From a virus (lineage: Duplodnaviria > Caudoviricetes), in the IMG/VR virus record IMGVR_UViG_3300001528_000425, positions 171,560 to 235,559 of that record: DNA of 64,000 nucleotides; one strand, given 5' to 3'. Shown piece after piece: positions 31,084-42,534 of this stretch. The position numbers were made by a program, and so were the translations under genes. Each line of letters starts with the position of its first letter. Within the stretch, counting starts at the first letter, position 1. The notes beneath the pieces are model-generated. The model did not search any database, was not told the DNA's origin, and worked only from the letters and a program-made list of their open reading frames with translations.

Positions 31084-32304
31084 TGCTCCGTCCCGGCCTG
31101 TAAATTTAAATCCCCTTCCAACCTTACGTTTGTAAGCGTAAGTGATTTCCACGGAAATAAACTCAACCGGTTCTTTCTTGTCGATCAGTTGAAGTTTGGA
31201 ACGAACTCGATTCCTTGGTGCCAACAGTCCGATGCATCTTGTGACCAGAGTATTGAATTCCGGTCGCAATTCATAACCATCCGATTGGACTTTGTCGTAG
31301 ATCGCCAGAATGGCCTGATGATATGCATCGTGTTGTTCTTTGTACTTCACGAATTGCTCATAAGGCCCTTGACGATTCTTCAATCGTTTGTACGCATCGA
31401 AGTTGATGTATACATTGACATCGAGTACTGTCGATCCTGCCGGAGCATAATGACACTGATCGTGCATCTTCTCCGTACGCATCAACGCTTCCGCTGTCAT
31501 GTCGGTAATGAACGTCGTCTTATTCCGTTGACGGAGGCCGACAAGGACTCCATCGGAACGTAACTGACTGCCGATATCCGGGAAGGCTTTATACTCTTCC
31601 AGAGAACCATAGAGGTTCAGAGGAACATCATCTTCTCGGATGTTCAGTTTCATCGTGCCGATCGCAGTGTGCTCATTCTTCTCCGCATATTCATCAGAAA
31701 TCAGGAATGCGTCCTCGGTAACTTCCCATCCACTCAAATAAGCAACTGCTGCATTGGTGCCAAGACAGTAGAGATTACCTTTGTGATTGGGAGATGTGAC
31801 GAACTTGGTTTCCTTGGATACGTGGTTGTTGTTGGTCAGGAGATAAGAATTCAGCATCGTGTTCATGTAGCCAAAGCCATCGTGCAACTGACGATAGTTG
31901 GTAACATCGAAGTAACCGATCTTCTGATCATCTTGTCCAACATAGATGACAGTCATCGTGGGGTTGGTCAACCCATCCGAACTCCAACATGTAGTCTGGA
32001 ACTTCGGTATGACTGCCAAGATGATGATGTCCTGATCACGTCTGGTGTCATCGAATTCATAACGACCGATGATACCTTCGTATCCGGTACATACCATCGG
32101 AGGTTCACATCCATCGACCACCAGAGCTTGCGCGATGTTACTGGCGAACATCATCGCTCGCTGACTTGATACGTACTGCGGAAATGGCAGTAGCAAGGCT
32201 TGTAAGCCTAAGAATTCATACCGCATCTTTAAGTCGGACAACAATCGATTTGGATTATCCCGTCCATAAGGATATCGACTTTTGCCCGTTGCAGCATCGT
32301 CCAT
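31084..32304 (-). CDS. Non-virion RNAP beta C-terminal subunit, exon 1 (gp71-like)
   Basis: SSQRAMMFASNIAQAL, EDAFLIS, GFKFTGRDG (cf. GDKxxGRHG). Confidence 0.9.
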
Positions 32305-32458
32305 ACTGTTCCTCCTGTTAGTTAGTAGGTTGATATAAATTTGGTTAGAACCATCATATGCTCGGTCTTAGTACCTGGCATACCCCTCATGAACGTAATA
32401 TATACGTAAACTTAGGATGTACCTTTAAGGCATCTTGTTGAATAAAGGAACTATCGTT

Positions 32459-32815
32459 ATGGCCACAACTTACAACACATTGGCTGATCGCTGCGAGTCC
32501 AAACTTGGTGATTATTCCAATACCGATACAGGATGGGTACAATTTGTAAAAGATCACAGGGAGATGCTGCTGCAAAACTCTACGGTCTTAGAGATGTCCC
32601 TGGAAGTAGCGCACCGATATCGGTTCAGTCTTGCACTACTTTTATACGATCGATCCATGGATCAAAGTACCATGTGGATCATCATGTGGTTGAACCAAAT
32701 CTCAGCTGAGCATGAGTTCAAGCAACTACAACGTTTGCTGATTCCGACGAATGAATACTTGGCTACACTGAAAGCTCAGTACGATTCCAATAAACAAGCG
32801 GCAGAATCAGTTTAA
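32459..32815 (+). CDS. Small conserved protein, possibly baseplate wedge (T4 gp53-like)
   Basis: LLYD....WIIMWLNQI...LLIP pattern; AAGGA RBS. Confidence 0.45.
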   Translation: MATTYNTLADRCESKLGDYSNTDTGWVQFVKDHREMLLQNSTVLEMSLEVAHRYRFSLALLLYDRSMDQSTMWIIMWLNQISAEHEFKQLQRLLIPTNEYLATLKAQYDSNKQAAESV

Positions 32816-32821
32816 ACGAGC

Positions 32822-33286
32822 TTACACGATCCTGGCGATCTTCGTCCAAGCTTGAGCTAAATCTGGCAGTAGCCAGAGATAGTCATACTTCTCCATCCAT
32901 TCATTGATCATACTGCGGGGCACCTTGTAGGTGTTTCGCAGTATGTATCTGAATTCTTTCTTCATGTACTCAACATAATCGTGACCAACGGCCATCGAGA
33001 TACGATCTTTGGTACGATAGAGATGGAGCAAGGACCGATCTTCAGAAGAAGCTCCTTGCTGAAGAGATTCGAACTTCTCCATACCAGATTTGGTGGTCAG
33101 TGCACCAAGATTGAACAGGATCAGATTGTGGATCGGATAATACTCCAATCCTGATTCGATCTTCTGTACAGAGATGAGTCTTTTGAGAACTTCCTGTGTG
33201 ACTAGAGAATACTCATTGAGCATCTCCACAATAATTCCATGAAGAACCATACGTTCTTCGACGGTATATTTCGGTTTGAAAATCAT
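32822..33286 (-). CDS. Hypothetical protein
   Basis: Start reassigned to MIFKPKY (AAGGA RBS). Confidence 0.6.
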   Translation of the reverse strand: MIFKPKYTVEERMVLHGIIVEMLNEYSLVTQEVLKRLISVQKIESGLEYYPIHNLILFNLGALTTKSGMEKFESLQQGASSEDRSLLHLYRTKDRISMAVGHDYVEYMKKEFRYILRNTYKVPRSMINEWMEKYDYLWLLPDLAQAWTKIARIV

Positions 33287-33299
33287 GAACTGGTGTTCC

Positions 33300-34331
33300 T
33301 TATGGCAACCAAGAGATAGAACCGGATTTGGTAGCGACGTTGAAATTGTTTCCGATGAAGTTGAAAGTACCTTCCAGACAGTTGAACGTCTGAAGTTTGC
33401 AATTGACCGTATATGCAGTACCAACGGTGAGGGTGTCGTTGGCACCGATCGTGGTGGTACGGTTCGTCTCGACGTTCAGTGTATCTTCACCGATCGTGGT
33501 GGTATTCTTCTTGATCACGGTGGTTTCCATGGCGTTTTCAACGGTAACCTTACGAACATCTTTAACTGTCAAGGTATCCGCCTTCTCCACCAAGGTGGTT
33601 CTTACTTCACAAGTTGTGATGATATTGGGAGCGGTGATATTGATCGTGTTCAGGCAACCGATGTTGATCACGTCTTTGATCAGCGAAATAGTACTCTCAT
33701 GGTTGTTGTGAAGCACGATCTGGGGAATGTTGCTATCCAGCTCGATCCAATTGTTGGCATCGTCGTTGATACGTACCGTGTTAGCGATCGTGTTGATCGC
33801 GATGTCATAGCGGAACGCTTCCCCGTTGTTCCGACAGGTACGGATGAAGATACCACGACTTTCTGGACGAGTATCAAGTTCGATATAGTAGGTGTTGTCA
33901 GCATCGACGTTCTTCCAAGTACCCGGCTGTCCTTTGTCGATGATCGCAACATCATCTTGCACAAAGATACGAAGCCGTTCGAAGTTGCGTACTTCCGTAT
34001 GTTGTCCAGTCGGTCTCCAGTAGAATACATCGAGTCCACCATAAGTGATGACTTCCACCAATTCTCCTCGATGTACACAGGGAACTGTCATGTTATCGCG
34101 TCCGAAATACTTCGCCTTGACGCACTGGGCTATGGCGATCGTGTCTTTATCTTTCACCCCTTTCAGTGCATCGAACGTTTCGAATTCGATCGAGGATGCG
34201 ACATTCTCCACATCTCCTGTGTGCATAGGAGATACTTCCGGGAGAAAGACTAAGATTTCAGTGTCAGTACCGTTTTGAATGGTTGTACATGAGACACCGA
34301 TATAGGCCTTCCATTGTGATTCTATTTGCAT
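33300..34331 (-). CDS. Baseplate hub/central spike protein
   Basis: NMTVPCVHRGELV..FYW N-domain plus C-terminal 8-residue gp5/VgrG-type beta repeats (TTTIGANDTLTVG). Confidence 0.65.
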   Translation of the reverse strand: MQIESQWKAYIGVSCTTIQNGTDTEILVFLPEVSPMHTGDVENVASSIEFETFDALKGVKDKDTIAIAQCVKAKYFGRDNMTVPCVHRGELVEVITYGGLDVFYWRPTGQHTEVRNFERLRIFVQDDVAIIDKGQPGTWKNVDADNTYYIELDTRPESRGIFIRTCRNNGEAFRYDIAINTIANTVRINDDANNWIELDSNIPQIVLHNNHESTISLIKDVINIGCLNTINITAPNIITTCEVRTTLVEKADTLTVKDVRKVTVENAMETTVIKKNTTTIGEDTLNVETNRTTTIGANDTLTVGTAYTVNCKLQTFNCLEGTFNFIGNNFNVATKSGSISWLP

Positions 34332-34413
34332 GCGATGGATCTCCAAAAAAATAAGGGCCTGATAGAAAGAGCTACAGTGGGTCTTTACGACCCACTGTAG
34401 CTCCCTGAGAGAA

Positions 34414-35526
34414 TTACCAGTTGCCCGCCATCACGGAAACAGGAGCCATTCCGTTAACAGGACAACCGCCGGAGACAGGTTGACCGAAGTGCATACCAGT
34501 CAGCGGAGCCGGAGTGAAACCGACCGGAACCGGAACAGACGCCACGGGGACGGTGATCGGTGCCGTAATCGGAGTACTCTCTGCCGGTACGATCGTACCG
34601 GGAATCACGCCATTGGTCGGGATACCAACCGGACCGATGTTTGCACCTTCCGGGAGCGGAACTCCAGTGCTGGTCTTGGTTGGTGCTGTTCCCCACGGAA
34701 CTGCAGGTTTTTCCGAGGAAACGGAGGCGGCCGATGTGCCGGTGGCGAACCAGGCGATGAGCTTCTGATATTTCTCGAGGTGTTCGAGATGAGAAGCCAG
34801 AACTTGAGGATGAAGGTCGACGTTGAGGATCTTCTTGACATGCGGATTGAGCCGGTTGGCTGCCATCGACATGATGTGGAAGATCGCATCGGCTTTCGGT
34901 ATCGCCACATTGGCGGACGTGAACGTGAACTTCGCTTCGATATCATCCGTACCGAAGATCAGAGCCATGAGTCCGCGGAAGACTTCCCAGGACTGTTTCC
35001 TGATCTTGTTGCCGAGCGACTCCTGAAGCTGGGTATTGAAGATATCGGACTGGAGCTGTGCGGTGTGGGTCGCTTTGTCGTAAAAGATGTACGCCCACTC
35101 CATCACTTTGATTCGATCGATCTCTTTGAGCATCTTCTCATCGAGTTTGTCATAGAATGCTGTGACAAGATCGAGTTTTTCGTAATCGGTGTCTTTGCCC
35201 TTGTCGATCGCAATTTCCACGATGCGAGTGAACAGCTGCTTGAGCATGCCACCGATCAGAAGCTGCCGGGACTGGAAGAACCATTCGCGCTCCGGAGCTT
35301 TGCCGAGCGTTTCGACGAGAGGATTGAGAACGACATAGTTGCCGACTTTCATCCCATCCTTGAACAGAGCCACCGGAAGAGTCTTCTTACCGACGGCCAC
35401 GCCGATCGGAGAATTGTCCGAGGTGGTCAGGATGATCTGATTCATGTCCACGTAATACGCTCCACCAAACTCAGTCACGAGTTTGAGGAACGCATACACG
35501 GAATCCTGGTTGATGATTTGTTCCAT
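34414..35526 (-). CDS. Chimalliviridae core protein (phiKZ gp70-like)
   Basis: Synteny between the gp69-like and gp71-like genes; LNPLVE motif; Pro-rich disordered tail. Confidence 0.55.
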   Translation of the reverse strand: MEQIINQDSVYAFLKLVTEFGGAYYVDMNQIILTTSDNSPIGVAVGKKTLPVALFKDGMKVGNYVVLNPLVETLGKAPEREWFFQSRQLLIGGMLKQLFTRIVEIAIDKGKDTDYEKLDLVTAFYDKLDEKMLKEIDRIKVMEWAYIFYDKATHTAQLQSDIFNTQLQESLGNKIRKQSWEVFRGLMALIFGTDDIEAKFTFTSANVAIPKADAIFHIMSMAANRLNPHVKKILNVDLHPQVLASHLEHLEKYQKLIAWFATGTSAASVSSEKPAVPWGTAPTKTSTGVPLPEGANIGPVGIPTNGVIPGTIVPAESTPITAPITVPVASVPVPVGFTPAPLTGMHFGQPVSGGCPVNGMAPVSVMAGNW

Positions 35527-35573
35527 GATGCGTTGTTTCCTTTTCGTTATTTCACGACGTGTGAATCTGTAAG

Positions 35574-37271
35574 TTAATGACGAGCCACCACTACTTCGTC
35601 ACCGAACCCGTAAGAAGGTGCGGGCATCGGTTGTTGACCGAATGGTCCTCCGAAGGATGCCTGGTGCATACCCGGAGGCTGGCTATCGAACATGAGTTTG
35701 CGTCCGACCACTCGATCCCCAAGTACCGCCAATTCCGTTCCGTTGTGGATGAATGTATCCCTGGAACCGAGTAGCGGATTGTGAGTGACCGGGAGCCGAT
35801 TGCTGGTTTCGTAATATCCGGAACCTTCGTTGGATACCGAGAAATCCATGAAGTGCAGGTCGACGATCGTTTCCGAACCCAAGTCATGGCGACAATGTAA
35901 TTCGAAATCTCCGCTTGCCGACTTCAGGATCGGAACGATGTCCGAACAGAAGTTGATCCGGAACATGTTGATCGCTGCCTCCAGCTGGTTAGCAGCGACT
36001 GTCGGATTCGGATCGGGGCAGAGCAAGTGAGCCGGTTCGATCTCCGGGTGATTCTGATCATAATGCAACTGGAAAAGTCCGTTACGATCAGCTGCCATCG
36101 CAGATGTGAATGATCTGAACCCGAACCGAATATCTGCCAGACCAGCACTGCTTGCCAGCGTCGAAATCGCAGAAGCAACCATCGAAGAGAACTGCACCTT
36201 AGCACTGATCTCTGTCTGCGGAATCACGTCATACTGCGAACGTCTGGCGATATTCAGTACCTGCACGGCAAGTTTACCGCCGAAAGTGGCATCCAGATAA
36301 CCGAGAGTGAACGGCTGAGAGACATCGATGCCGATATTAACCGGAATGGTTCCGACTGAACGATGAAGACCATGCCGGAAATCACTGACAGCTTGTTCTA
36401 CCGGATCGTACGCTCCAAGGAATCCGGTCTGACTCAAATCACTTTGCGTCGCGAATTCTTCGGACTTGGCCGTGTCGATGGCGCTCTGCAGATGAGTGGT
36501 GATCTCCTGGAGATGATGTCGCGGTGACTTCAGTCTGGTCGGGATCGGTGCCTGTTCGTTGTTCAATGTGGCAACCGCTGCAGCTCCTTCTGTGGTCACT
36601 CTGGACACCATATTGCCAAGAGAATCCTTGACGATATCACCGACATTACTGACAGCATCGCCAGGAGTACAGATGAACAGATCCTGTTGCGGAGTCATCG
36701 AACTCATGTATGCACCGACGATATCGTCATCGTCCGATACGATACGATTCGGGATACCACCAACCATACCGATACGGTCTCCGATACGAAGGACCGAACG
36801 ATGCGTGGTATACAGCATGCAGTTCTGATTGATCACCGGCTGCGCATTGTTCATAGACCACGGGAGAACCGGTTCATCCGAACACCAGCCAGATGCCATC
36901 AGTCGGATCTTCGATCCGCATCCGGCAATACCCAGCGCATTCGGTGCCGTTGGCATGTCGATCATGAGAACGAACGTCCATTGTGCGGACATCGTCTGCA
37001 TGTCGACCATAAGTCCGTTGGCTTCCGGTCGAATGGCAGAATTGAATGCTGGATCTTCGAACAAACCTCCGTTGCGGAGAGCCATCCTCGGATCTTGCAT
37101 CGTCGACAACTTATCGACCATGTTGCCGTTGAACTGATACACATACGGTCGAATGACCTGTGTGTCGAACGTCTTGGGGCTGTACAGCCACAGCCAAGCC
37201 GATGATTCGTTGAATGTCGAAGCACCGAATTGACTGACTTGTGAATAAATGGGAAGCGGTTTGTCGAACAT
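35574..37271 (-). CDS. Putative phage-nucleus import factor PicA/Imp1 (phiKZ gp69-like)
   Basis: Synteny (gp68-like upstream, gp70-like downstream), size and the TQVIRPY motif. Confidence 0.55.
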   Translation of the reverse strand: MFDKPLPIYSQVSQFGASTFNESSAWLWLYSPKTFDTQVIRPYVYQFNGNMVDKLSTMQDPRMALRNGGLFEDPAFNSAIRPEANGLMVDMQTMSAQWTFVLMIDMPTAPNALGIAGCGSKIRLMASGWCSDEPVLPWSMNNAQPVINQNCMLYTTHRSVLRIGDRIGMVGGIPNRIVSDDDDIVGAYMSSMTPQQDLFICTPGDAVSNVGDIVKDSLGNMVSRVTTEGAAAVATLNNEQAPIPTRLKSPRHHLQEITTHLQSAIDTAKSEEFATQSDLSQTGFLGAYDPVEQAVSDFRHGLHRSVGTIPVNIGIDVSQPFTLGYLDATFGGKLAVQVLNIARRSQYDVIPQTEISAKVQFSSMVASAISTLASSAGLADIRFGFRSFTSAMAADRNGLFQLHYDQNHPEIEPAHLLCPDPNPTVAANQLEAAINMFRINFCSDIVPILKSASGDFELHCRHDLGSETIVDLHFMDFSVSNEGSGYYETSNRLPVTHNPLLGSRDTFIHNGTELAVLGDRVVGRKLMFDSQPPGMHQASFGGPFGQQPMPAPSYGFGDEVVVARH

Positions 37272-37306
37272 AAGACCTCCTGTTATTATCTATGTTCTTG
37301 TTGTTA

Positions 37307-38662
37307 TCAAAGGATCAGACTACCGAACCACGAGCATTCATAATCATCAAGCAGGGCCCTGCAACCCAACGCCAGAAATATGAAGTCGAAGTAATACCTG
37401 ATAATCATTCCATCCTCGTACTTATAGGTAATATATGCGTCGTCATTGAATGACCGATAGAGAGAGATCGTTGCGATCGGTACTCTATGATTCATAACAG
37501 CTGCAGATTCCATTAAGCGATGGTACAGTTCCAGTCCTTGTACCGATTGGATAGAAAGATTCAGAGGTACTTCTTGTTGTCTCCTCATGTTTGAGTTAAC
37601 TGATTTTATCGTCTGATCCGGCGTATACGCATTCCAAAAGTTACCCTCCCATGTATGCTGAGTACACTCGAAGGAGAACTCTGTATATGGTAGTTCCTCT
37701 ATGTATTTATTTAAGGCGTGAAATACAGGAACCTCGTGCTCTTCCAGTCCGACTTTGACATCTGGTGTGAGTGGAAACGGGGTTCGCAATGGTATCCTCG
37801 CATAAGGCCGCATGACGATCGCACTGCTGATCATGGAGATGAAAGGTTCTGTGCTTTCACATCCAGCAAGTGCCATACGTCCCACGCTGCCACGCATACA
37901 AGGATGATCTTTCCATTGTTCCTGAAAACCACACACTGGCTGTCCGGCTGGTCTGCGACGTTCCCACGGATGGTGAACTTTAACCAATTCTTTCGGAATA
38001 CTGAAGAATCTGGCTGTTTCCACAATGTCATCTGCAGGTATCATAGCTCCATTACAGATAAGAGAATTGGGATTCTCCATCACGCACCTCCTGAGATCCG
38101 CGAAAGAAGGATGATAACTTAAATAATCCAACTCTTGCGGAGTCGCTTCTACAGAAGTGCATGCTGTATTGTACACATTCGTAATGTCGTACAGCAAGTT
38201 GTACAAAGCCGCCGTGAAGTAGTAATGGGACTGGACTCCCCTCTGATCGAATGACCTGACACCGATCGGAGCGATGTTGACAGCTTCTCGACGTGGATCG
38301 AGGATGGTCTGTGGAGTTACTTCGCCGTACGCAACGGCGAGGTACTCCAACATCAACCCTTGATGCTGTTCAACGATCTTGACTTTCTCAAAGTTGGTAT
38401 CAACTCGATCAAGATTTCTCCCTAACCAGAAATACTCCTCAGTCGCGATGCCATCACGATGAGTAATAATCTCCGGGGAGAATGTACTGAAATTTATGAT
38501 CCCCTGATAACCTTTCCAGTGGTTGACCAGGGGAACAATATCAACGATCATAGCACAGCGAACCTCCAAGTTAAATGGGACACCAAGATTTACGTAGTGT
38601 AAGGTAATCCCTTGTTGCAGCATCTGACTCTGCTGTTGAAGTAGCTCCGAAGAACAATACAT
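37307..38662 (-). CDS. Hypothetical protein
   Basis: 451-aa ORF. Confidence 0.7.
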   Translation of the reverse strand: MYCSSELLQQQSQMLQQGITLHYVNLGVPFNLEVRCAMIVDIVPLVNHWKGYQGIINFSTFSPEIITHRDGIATEEYFWLGRNLDRVDTNFEKVKIVEQHQGLMLEYLAVAYGEVTPQTILDPRREAVNIAPIGVRSFDQRGVQSHYYFTAALYNLLYDITNVYNTACTSVEATPQELDYLSYHPSFADLRRCVMENPNSLICNGAMIPADDIVETARFFSIPKELVKVHHPWERRRPAGQPVCGFQEQWKDHPCMRGSVGRMALAGCESTEPFISMISSAIVMRPYARIPLRTPFPLTPDVKVGLEEHEVPVFHALNKYIEELPYTEFSFECTQHTWEGNFWNAYTPDQTIKSVNSNMRRQQEVPLNLSIQSVQGLELYHRLMESAAVMNHRVPIATISLYRSFNDDAYITYKYEDGMIIRYYFDFIFLALGCRALLDDYECSWFGSLIL

Positions 38663-39809
38663 GGGAGTTGACCAGACCTCCTCCGGTAAGCAACCACCAA
38701 ACCAGATCGATATACCACCAAGGTTGATTTGCTATCGATGGTCTGAACCAGAACTCTTCCAGATAGGTCTTGTTGACTTGAATGGGAGTCTGATCGGATT
38801 CATTCATACCGAGAACATTCTTCAACAGATCGTAGCTCCTGTAGAGTTTCTTGGGAGCGGACTGGTATCCGTTATAACGAATGGACCCAATACGTTCGAT
38901 ATCACCCGGAGTCAGTGTCAACTGGAAATCAGTACTGTTACAAGCAAATCCATCTACAACGATCGTTTCAGCTAATGATGCTGTGGCAATATCGGACAGA
39001 TCAGTCTCGCATTCATTATACACGATTGCGTTCCGTCTAACATCGTCTGGAGTAGAAGGAGATTGCCACAGATGCAGTCCGAATTTGCTTGACAGATGAG
39101 GAACCAACTCCGATGACATCCTTGTTTTGCTCATCCATAGCGAGAACGTATCGAACATGCTACGCGGAACCGCGAAATGTCTGAGTAGCAGTCTCGGTTC
39201 AGGGGGCATACCTAACATTTCAGCTAGTTCATGCATAAGTTCATACGGAGTCTGAGAGTCGTTGATGATCAGATTCTCGATCATATTGACTACTTCTCCA
39301 GTTGACATCGGTTGAATGTCAAATGAATACTCTGGCATGAACAGAGATTGTGGTGGTTTGTTGAATAGTTTGGCTGATATCAGCGTGAGATAATCCAACA
39401 ACGACACAACAACTCTACCAGTGAATGTATCGCTAGCGCACAACCGAGGACATGCGTCGAACAACTCTCTGATGCCATCTACGTAGTAATATCCCTCATA
39501 AGGGCGATCTCCTTTGTACCGTTTGATCTTCTTAAACATCACCGGGAACAAACGAACTGGTTGACCATTTGTTCCAAGTAATGTCATGGGATTCATTGGC
39601 TCTAAAGTCAGGACGATGTATTCATAGAAGTTCACGTGATCCTGTCGTATCAGTTTGTACTTATGGATATTCGGTTGAACTTGAATGCTTCGCCCTGCAG
39701 AGATTTCCACATACCAACCAGAATCAGTTGTTAGATGTCCACCTCTGACATTTGAGATCATATCACCAGGTCGCATCGATGAAGGTAATTCAACGATACC
39801 ATCTATCAT
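38571..39809 (-). CDS. Hypothetical protein
   Basis: 412-aa ORF with AGGAG RBS. Confidence 0.7.
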   Translation of the reverse strand: MIDGIVELPSSMRPGDMISNVRGGHLTTDSGWYVEISAGRSIQVQPNIHKYKLIRQDHVNFYEYIVLTLEPMNPMTLLGTNGQPVRLFPVMFKKIKRYKGDRPYEGYYYVDGIRELFDACPRLCASDTFTGRVVVSLLDYLTLISAKLFNKPPQSLFMPEYSFDIQPMSTGEVVNMIENLIINDSQTPYELMHELAEMLGMPPEPRLLLRHFAVPRSMFDTFSLWMSKTRMSSELVPHLSSKFGLHLWQSPSTPDDVRRNAIVYNECETDLSDIATASLAETIVVDGFACNSTDFQLTLTPGDIERIGSIRYNGYQSAPKKLYRSYDLLKNVLGMNESDQTPIQVNKTYLEEFWFRPSIANQPWWYIDLVWWLLTGGGLVNSHVLFFGATSTAESDAATRDYLTLRKSWCPI

Positions 39810-39845
39810 AATTCTTCTCCTGTTAGTTGTCGATGAAAGTTCTTA

Positions 39846-41456
39846 TCAGTGGACTTCTCCATCTGACGATTGCAGAGCTTTCTCGACGAAGATACACATC
39901 CCAGTGATCATATTCGGATCATTGACGATGCGTTTGCCGTTGAGTTCTTCTTCTCCCATGAGATCCCAGAGATATGTGGGAGTGTTGTAGACGTAGATCT
40001 TACCGACCAAGTCAGCGACGATCTCCTCCACTTCTTGATCCCACTCACGTCCATTAGAACTTGCCGGAGATAATTCGATCTTTTGTTTGACGTTCCGATA
40101 GGCGAAGGAGTTGCCGTAATTCAGTCGCAGCAACGTATCCTCCTGTGTTTCCTGTGTCCTTGCTGTCAGAGCAGGTTGGGCCGTCAGGATATGACCAAAC
40201 TCTTTGAATCCCTGTGAAAACACGATCATCTGCAACAAACAAATGATCCGAGTATATTCAGGAGCTTGCAGATACTGGACACCACGTCCACCACCGAAAT
40301 CCCTCGCAAAGAAACTTCCGGCTACGAACTTATTGATCGGAGTCGGGTAGATCGGATGCTTCAGGAAATACTCGTAGCAAGCATTGAACTCGTCTTTGGC
40401 GATATCGAACATCATGCAATACTTGTAGATGGTCGGTTCTACCGCAACACTGACGATCATCGGGATGTCCATCGTCTTCGCGGTAGGTACGCTGTCAACT
40501 TCAAGCTGAGCAACATTACCAACATCATCACTACCCGCAGCCGCTCCGAACGGAATGCGAGTCTTGACCTGGTTCTTATTGGCGGAGCTATCTTGAGTCC
40601 CAACCAGCGTTCTGGCGATAGAATCGCAGAACCGCATGATATTGCTATCATCGTAACACAGGTCGATGTTGATGAAGTTACGAACCAGGAGATTCGCATA
40701 GATACTGGTTGTTCTCGTGGAAATCGTGAATCCACTGAACACTGCAGCCGGATTCTCCTGACCACAGCATCCACGTACCGTATGCTGCAGATAATGCTGG
40801 AACTTGATCATTAGATCTTTGAAGGAATGTTCCAACAAAGGTTTCATGATAACAGCACATCGCATCTCTCTGTCGAACGGTTGGTGTTCTTTGCCATCTT
40901 CTCCAACGATATTCGGCATCTTGCTCATCAGCCCACCGAAGATCGGAATCAGAAGTTTGCACAGAAGTGCCACCACAATGAGTCTTCTCATCTCCGGTGG
41001 ATGAAACGTCAGTTCAGCAGTATCTTGAGGACGCGTTCCCACTTCCGTGGTATCATCCATCTTGATGAACTGATGGGAATACTTGTCGAACAGATTGATC
41101 AGATCCAACTCGAATACCAGAGACATGAAGAATGCCCCAAGTTCTTTGAGTAACTGATCTTCTTCTCTTCGATTCCCATCAACAGGCATCCGTTCGATAA
41201 CCATGCGTTGCATGGTAGCGAATGCTTTGGCGAACGTCACCAGCTGTTCATCATTCAACTGAGTTAATACCCAATTGCTGGCTCCAAACAAGGCGTTCCA
41301 GATGGTCGGATCACCGCCATCTTTATCCAGTTTCTTGTACGTTCTGGTCTGCCAGATCAGCCAGGGCTCGATGATCTTCCTTTCAGGAACATCGAGGTTC
41401 TCGAAATCGAGTTTGACTCGATACGATTTGTCCACGAATACAGGTTTAAATTGCAT
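39846..41456 (-). CDS. Non-virion RNAP promoter-specificity (sigma-like) subunit, phiKZ gp68-like
   Basis: AGGAGG RBS at MQFKP; ALLCKLLIPIFG motif, size and synteny; early promoter motif upstream. Confidence 0.6.
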   Translation of the reverse strand: MQFKPVFVDKSYRVKLDFENLDVPERKIIEPWLIWQTRTYKKLDKDGGDPTIWNALFGASNWVLTQLNDEQLVTFAKAFATMQRMVIERMPVDGNRREEDQLLKELGAFFMSLVFELDLINLFDKYSHQFIKMDDTTEVGTRPQDTAELTFHPPEMRRLIVVALLCKLLIPIFGGLMSKMPNIVGEDGKEHQPFDREMRCAVIMKPLLEHSFKDLMIKFQHYLQHTVRGCCGQENPAAVFSGFTISTRTTSIYANLLVRNFINIDLCYDDSNIMRFCDSIARTLVGTQDSSANKNQVKTRIPFGAAAGSDDVGNVAQLEVDSVPTAKTMDIPMIVSVAVEPTIYKYCMMFDIAKDEFNACYEYFLKHPIYPTPINKFVAGSFFARDFGGGRGVQYLQAPEYTRIICLLQMIVFSQGFKEFGHILTAQPALTARTQETQEDTLLRLNYGNSFAYRNVKQKIELSPASSNGREWDQEVEEIVADLVGKIYVYNTPTYLWDLMGEEELNGKRIVNDPNMITGMCIFVEKALQSSDGEVH

Positions 41457-41654
41457 GCACGACCTCCTAAGTTGATTGTGAGTTCTACTCATCAATTAAG
41501 TAATATATGCATATAGCTAGAATGAGAGAGGACTCACAGCTATCTCCACTATGTTCAAGGTGCAGTTGCAACCTTGATCTGTACCTATAGGTTATTCCCA
41601 AAAAATAAAAAGTTACGGGTCGGTGATTAGCCGCCCGTAACTTCTTGTAGATAA

Positions 41655-42533
41655 TTATACGATTGATTTGGTCCTGGCAGCAGCTACACACGCCGCTTGA
41701 ATCGCATCCTCATAAGGAATATCGGCTTTGGTCAAATTTGGTTTCATGAGATCCCATGAAAGCATCGACCGAAGTGTCAAAATCAACGCAATGTGAAAAT
41801 GACGATAATCTTCCGGACGATTGACCGTCTCGGCATAGCTAAATTCTGTGCTATCGTACAACGATTTGTATTCCTCCATAGCGGGATCATGATGCAACTT
41901 ATGACGAATGGTCTTGAATAAGTAGCGACGAAGTGGTATCATCGTCGTGTTCTTATCGCGGGCACGTGCACCTGTCGCCATTTCATTGAACCATCGAATC
42001 ACCTCCAGCCACAACGAAGGATCGCGTTCGCGCAACCAGGAACAAGCATCCAGTGTGGAAGTGAGGAACGGCTCCAGGAATCGTAGGCGAAGCTGCAATT
42101 GTATCATGTAAATAGAAAGCAGCTGATCATCCAGGGATTCACCTGAATCGACAATTGCTTGAGTCAGTAAAACCGCTGATGACGTTTGAGCCGGAATCAG
42201 CGGATAGAATGTCGAATCTATAAGCTTCGATAGATATGTCAGTAGCTGATACATCTCCTCGGCTACGCGATCCAACGGAAAGTCTGCGAGAAGCGATATT
42301 TCCTGCAAATATTGCTTGATGTGCAATATCTTACCTTCCAATCTCTCACGTGTCTGAACGTCCAAATCAGCACAGAGCATGTTCAGGAAAGTCGTTTCTC
42401 CGTTTATGATAAGCTCGGATGGTATATTGGTTCTGAATCCGAACATTCGCAACTCTCGAGCATAGTTCCATGGACGCCCAGTTGGCACATATGCTATTAC
42501 ACCTTTCTTCCGATCGTGACTGTAATGAAACAT
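41655..42533 (-). CDS. Hypothetical protein
   Basis: 292-aa ORF with GGAG RBS. Confidence 0.65.
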   Translation of the reverse strand: MFHYSHDRKKGVIAYVPTGRPWNYARELRMFGFRTNIPSELIINGETTFLNMLCADLDVQTRERLEGKILHIKQYLQEISLLADFPLDRVAEEMYQLLTYLSKLIDSTFYPLIPAQTSSAVLLTQAIVDSGESLDDQLLSIYMIQLQLRLRFLEPFLTSTLDACSWLRERDPSLWLEVIRWFNEMATGARARDKNTTMIPLRRYLFKTIRHKLHHDPAMEEYKSLYDSTEFSYAETVNRPEDYRHFHIALILTLRSMLSWDLMKPNLTKADIPYEDAIQAACVAAARTKSIV

Positions 42534-42534
42534 G

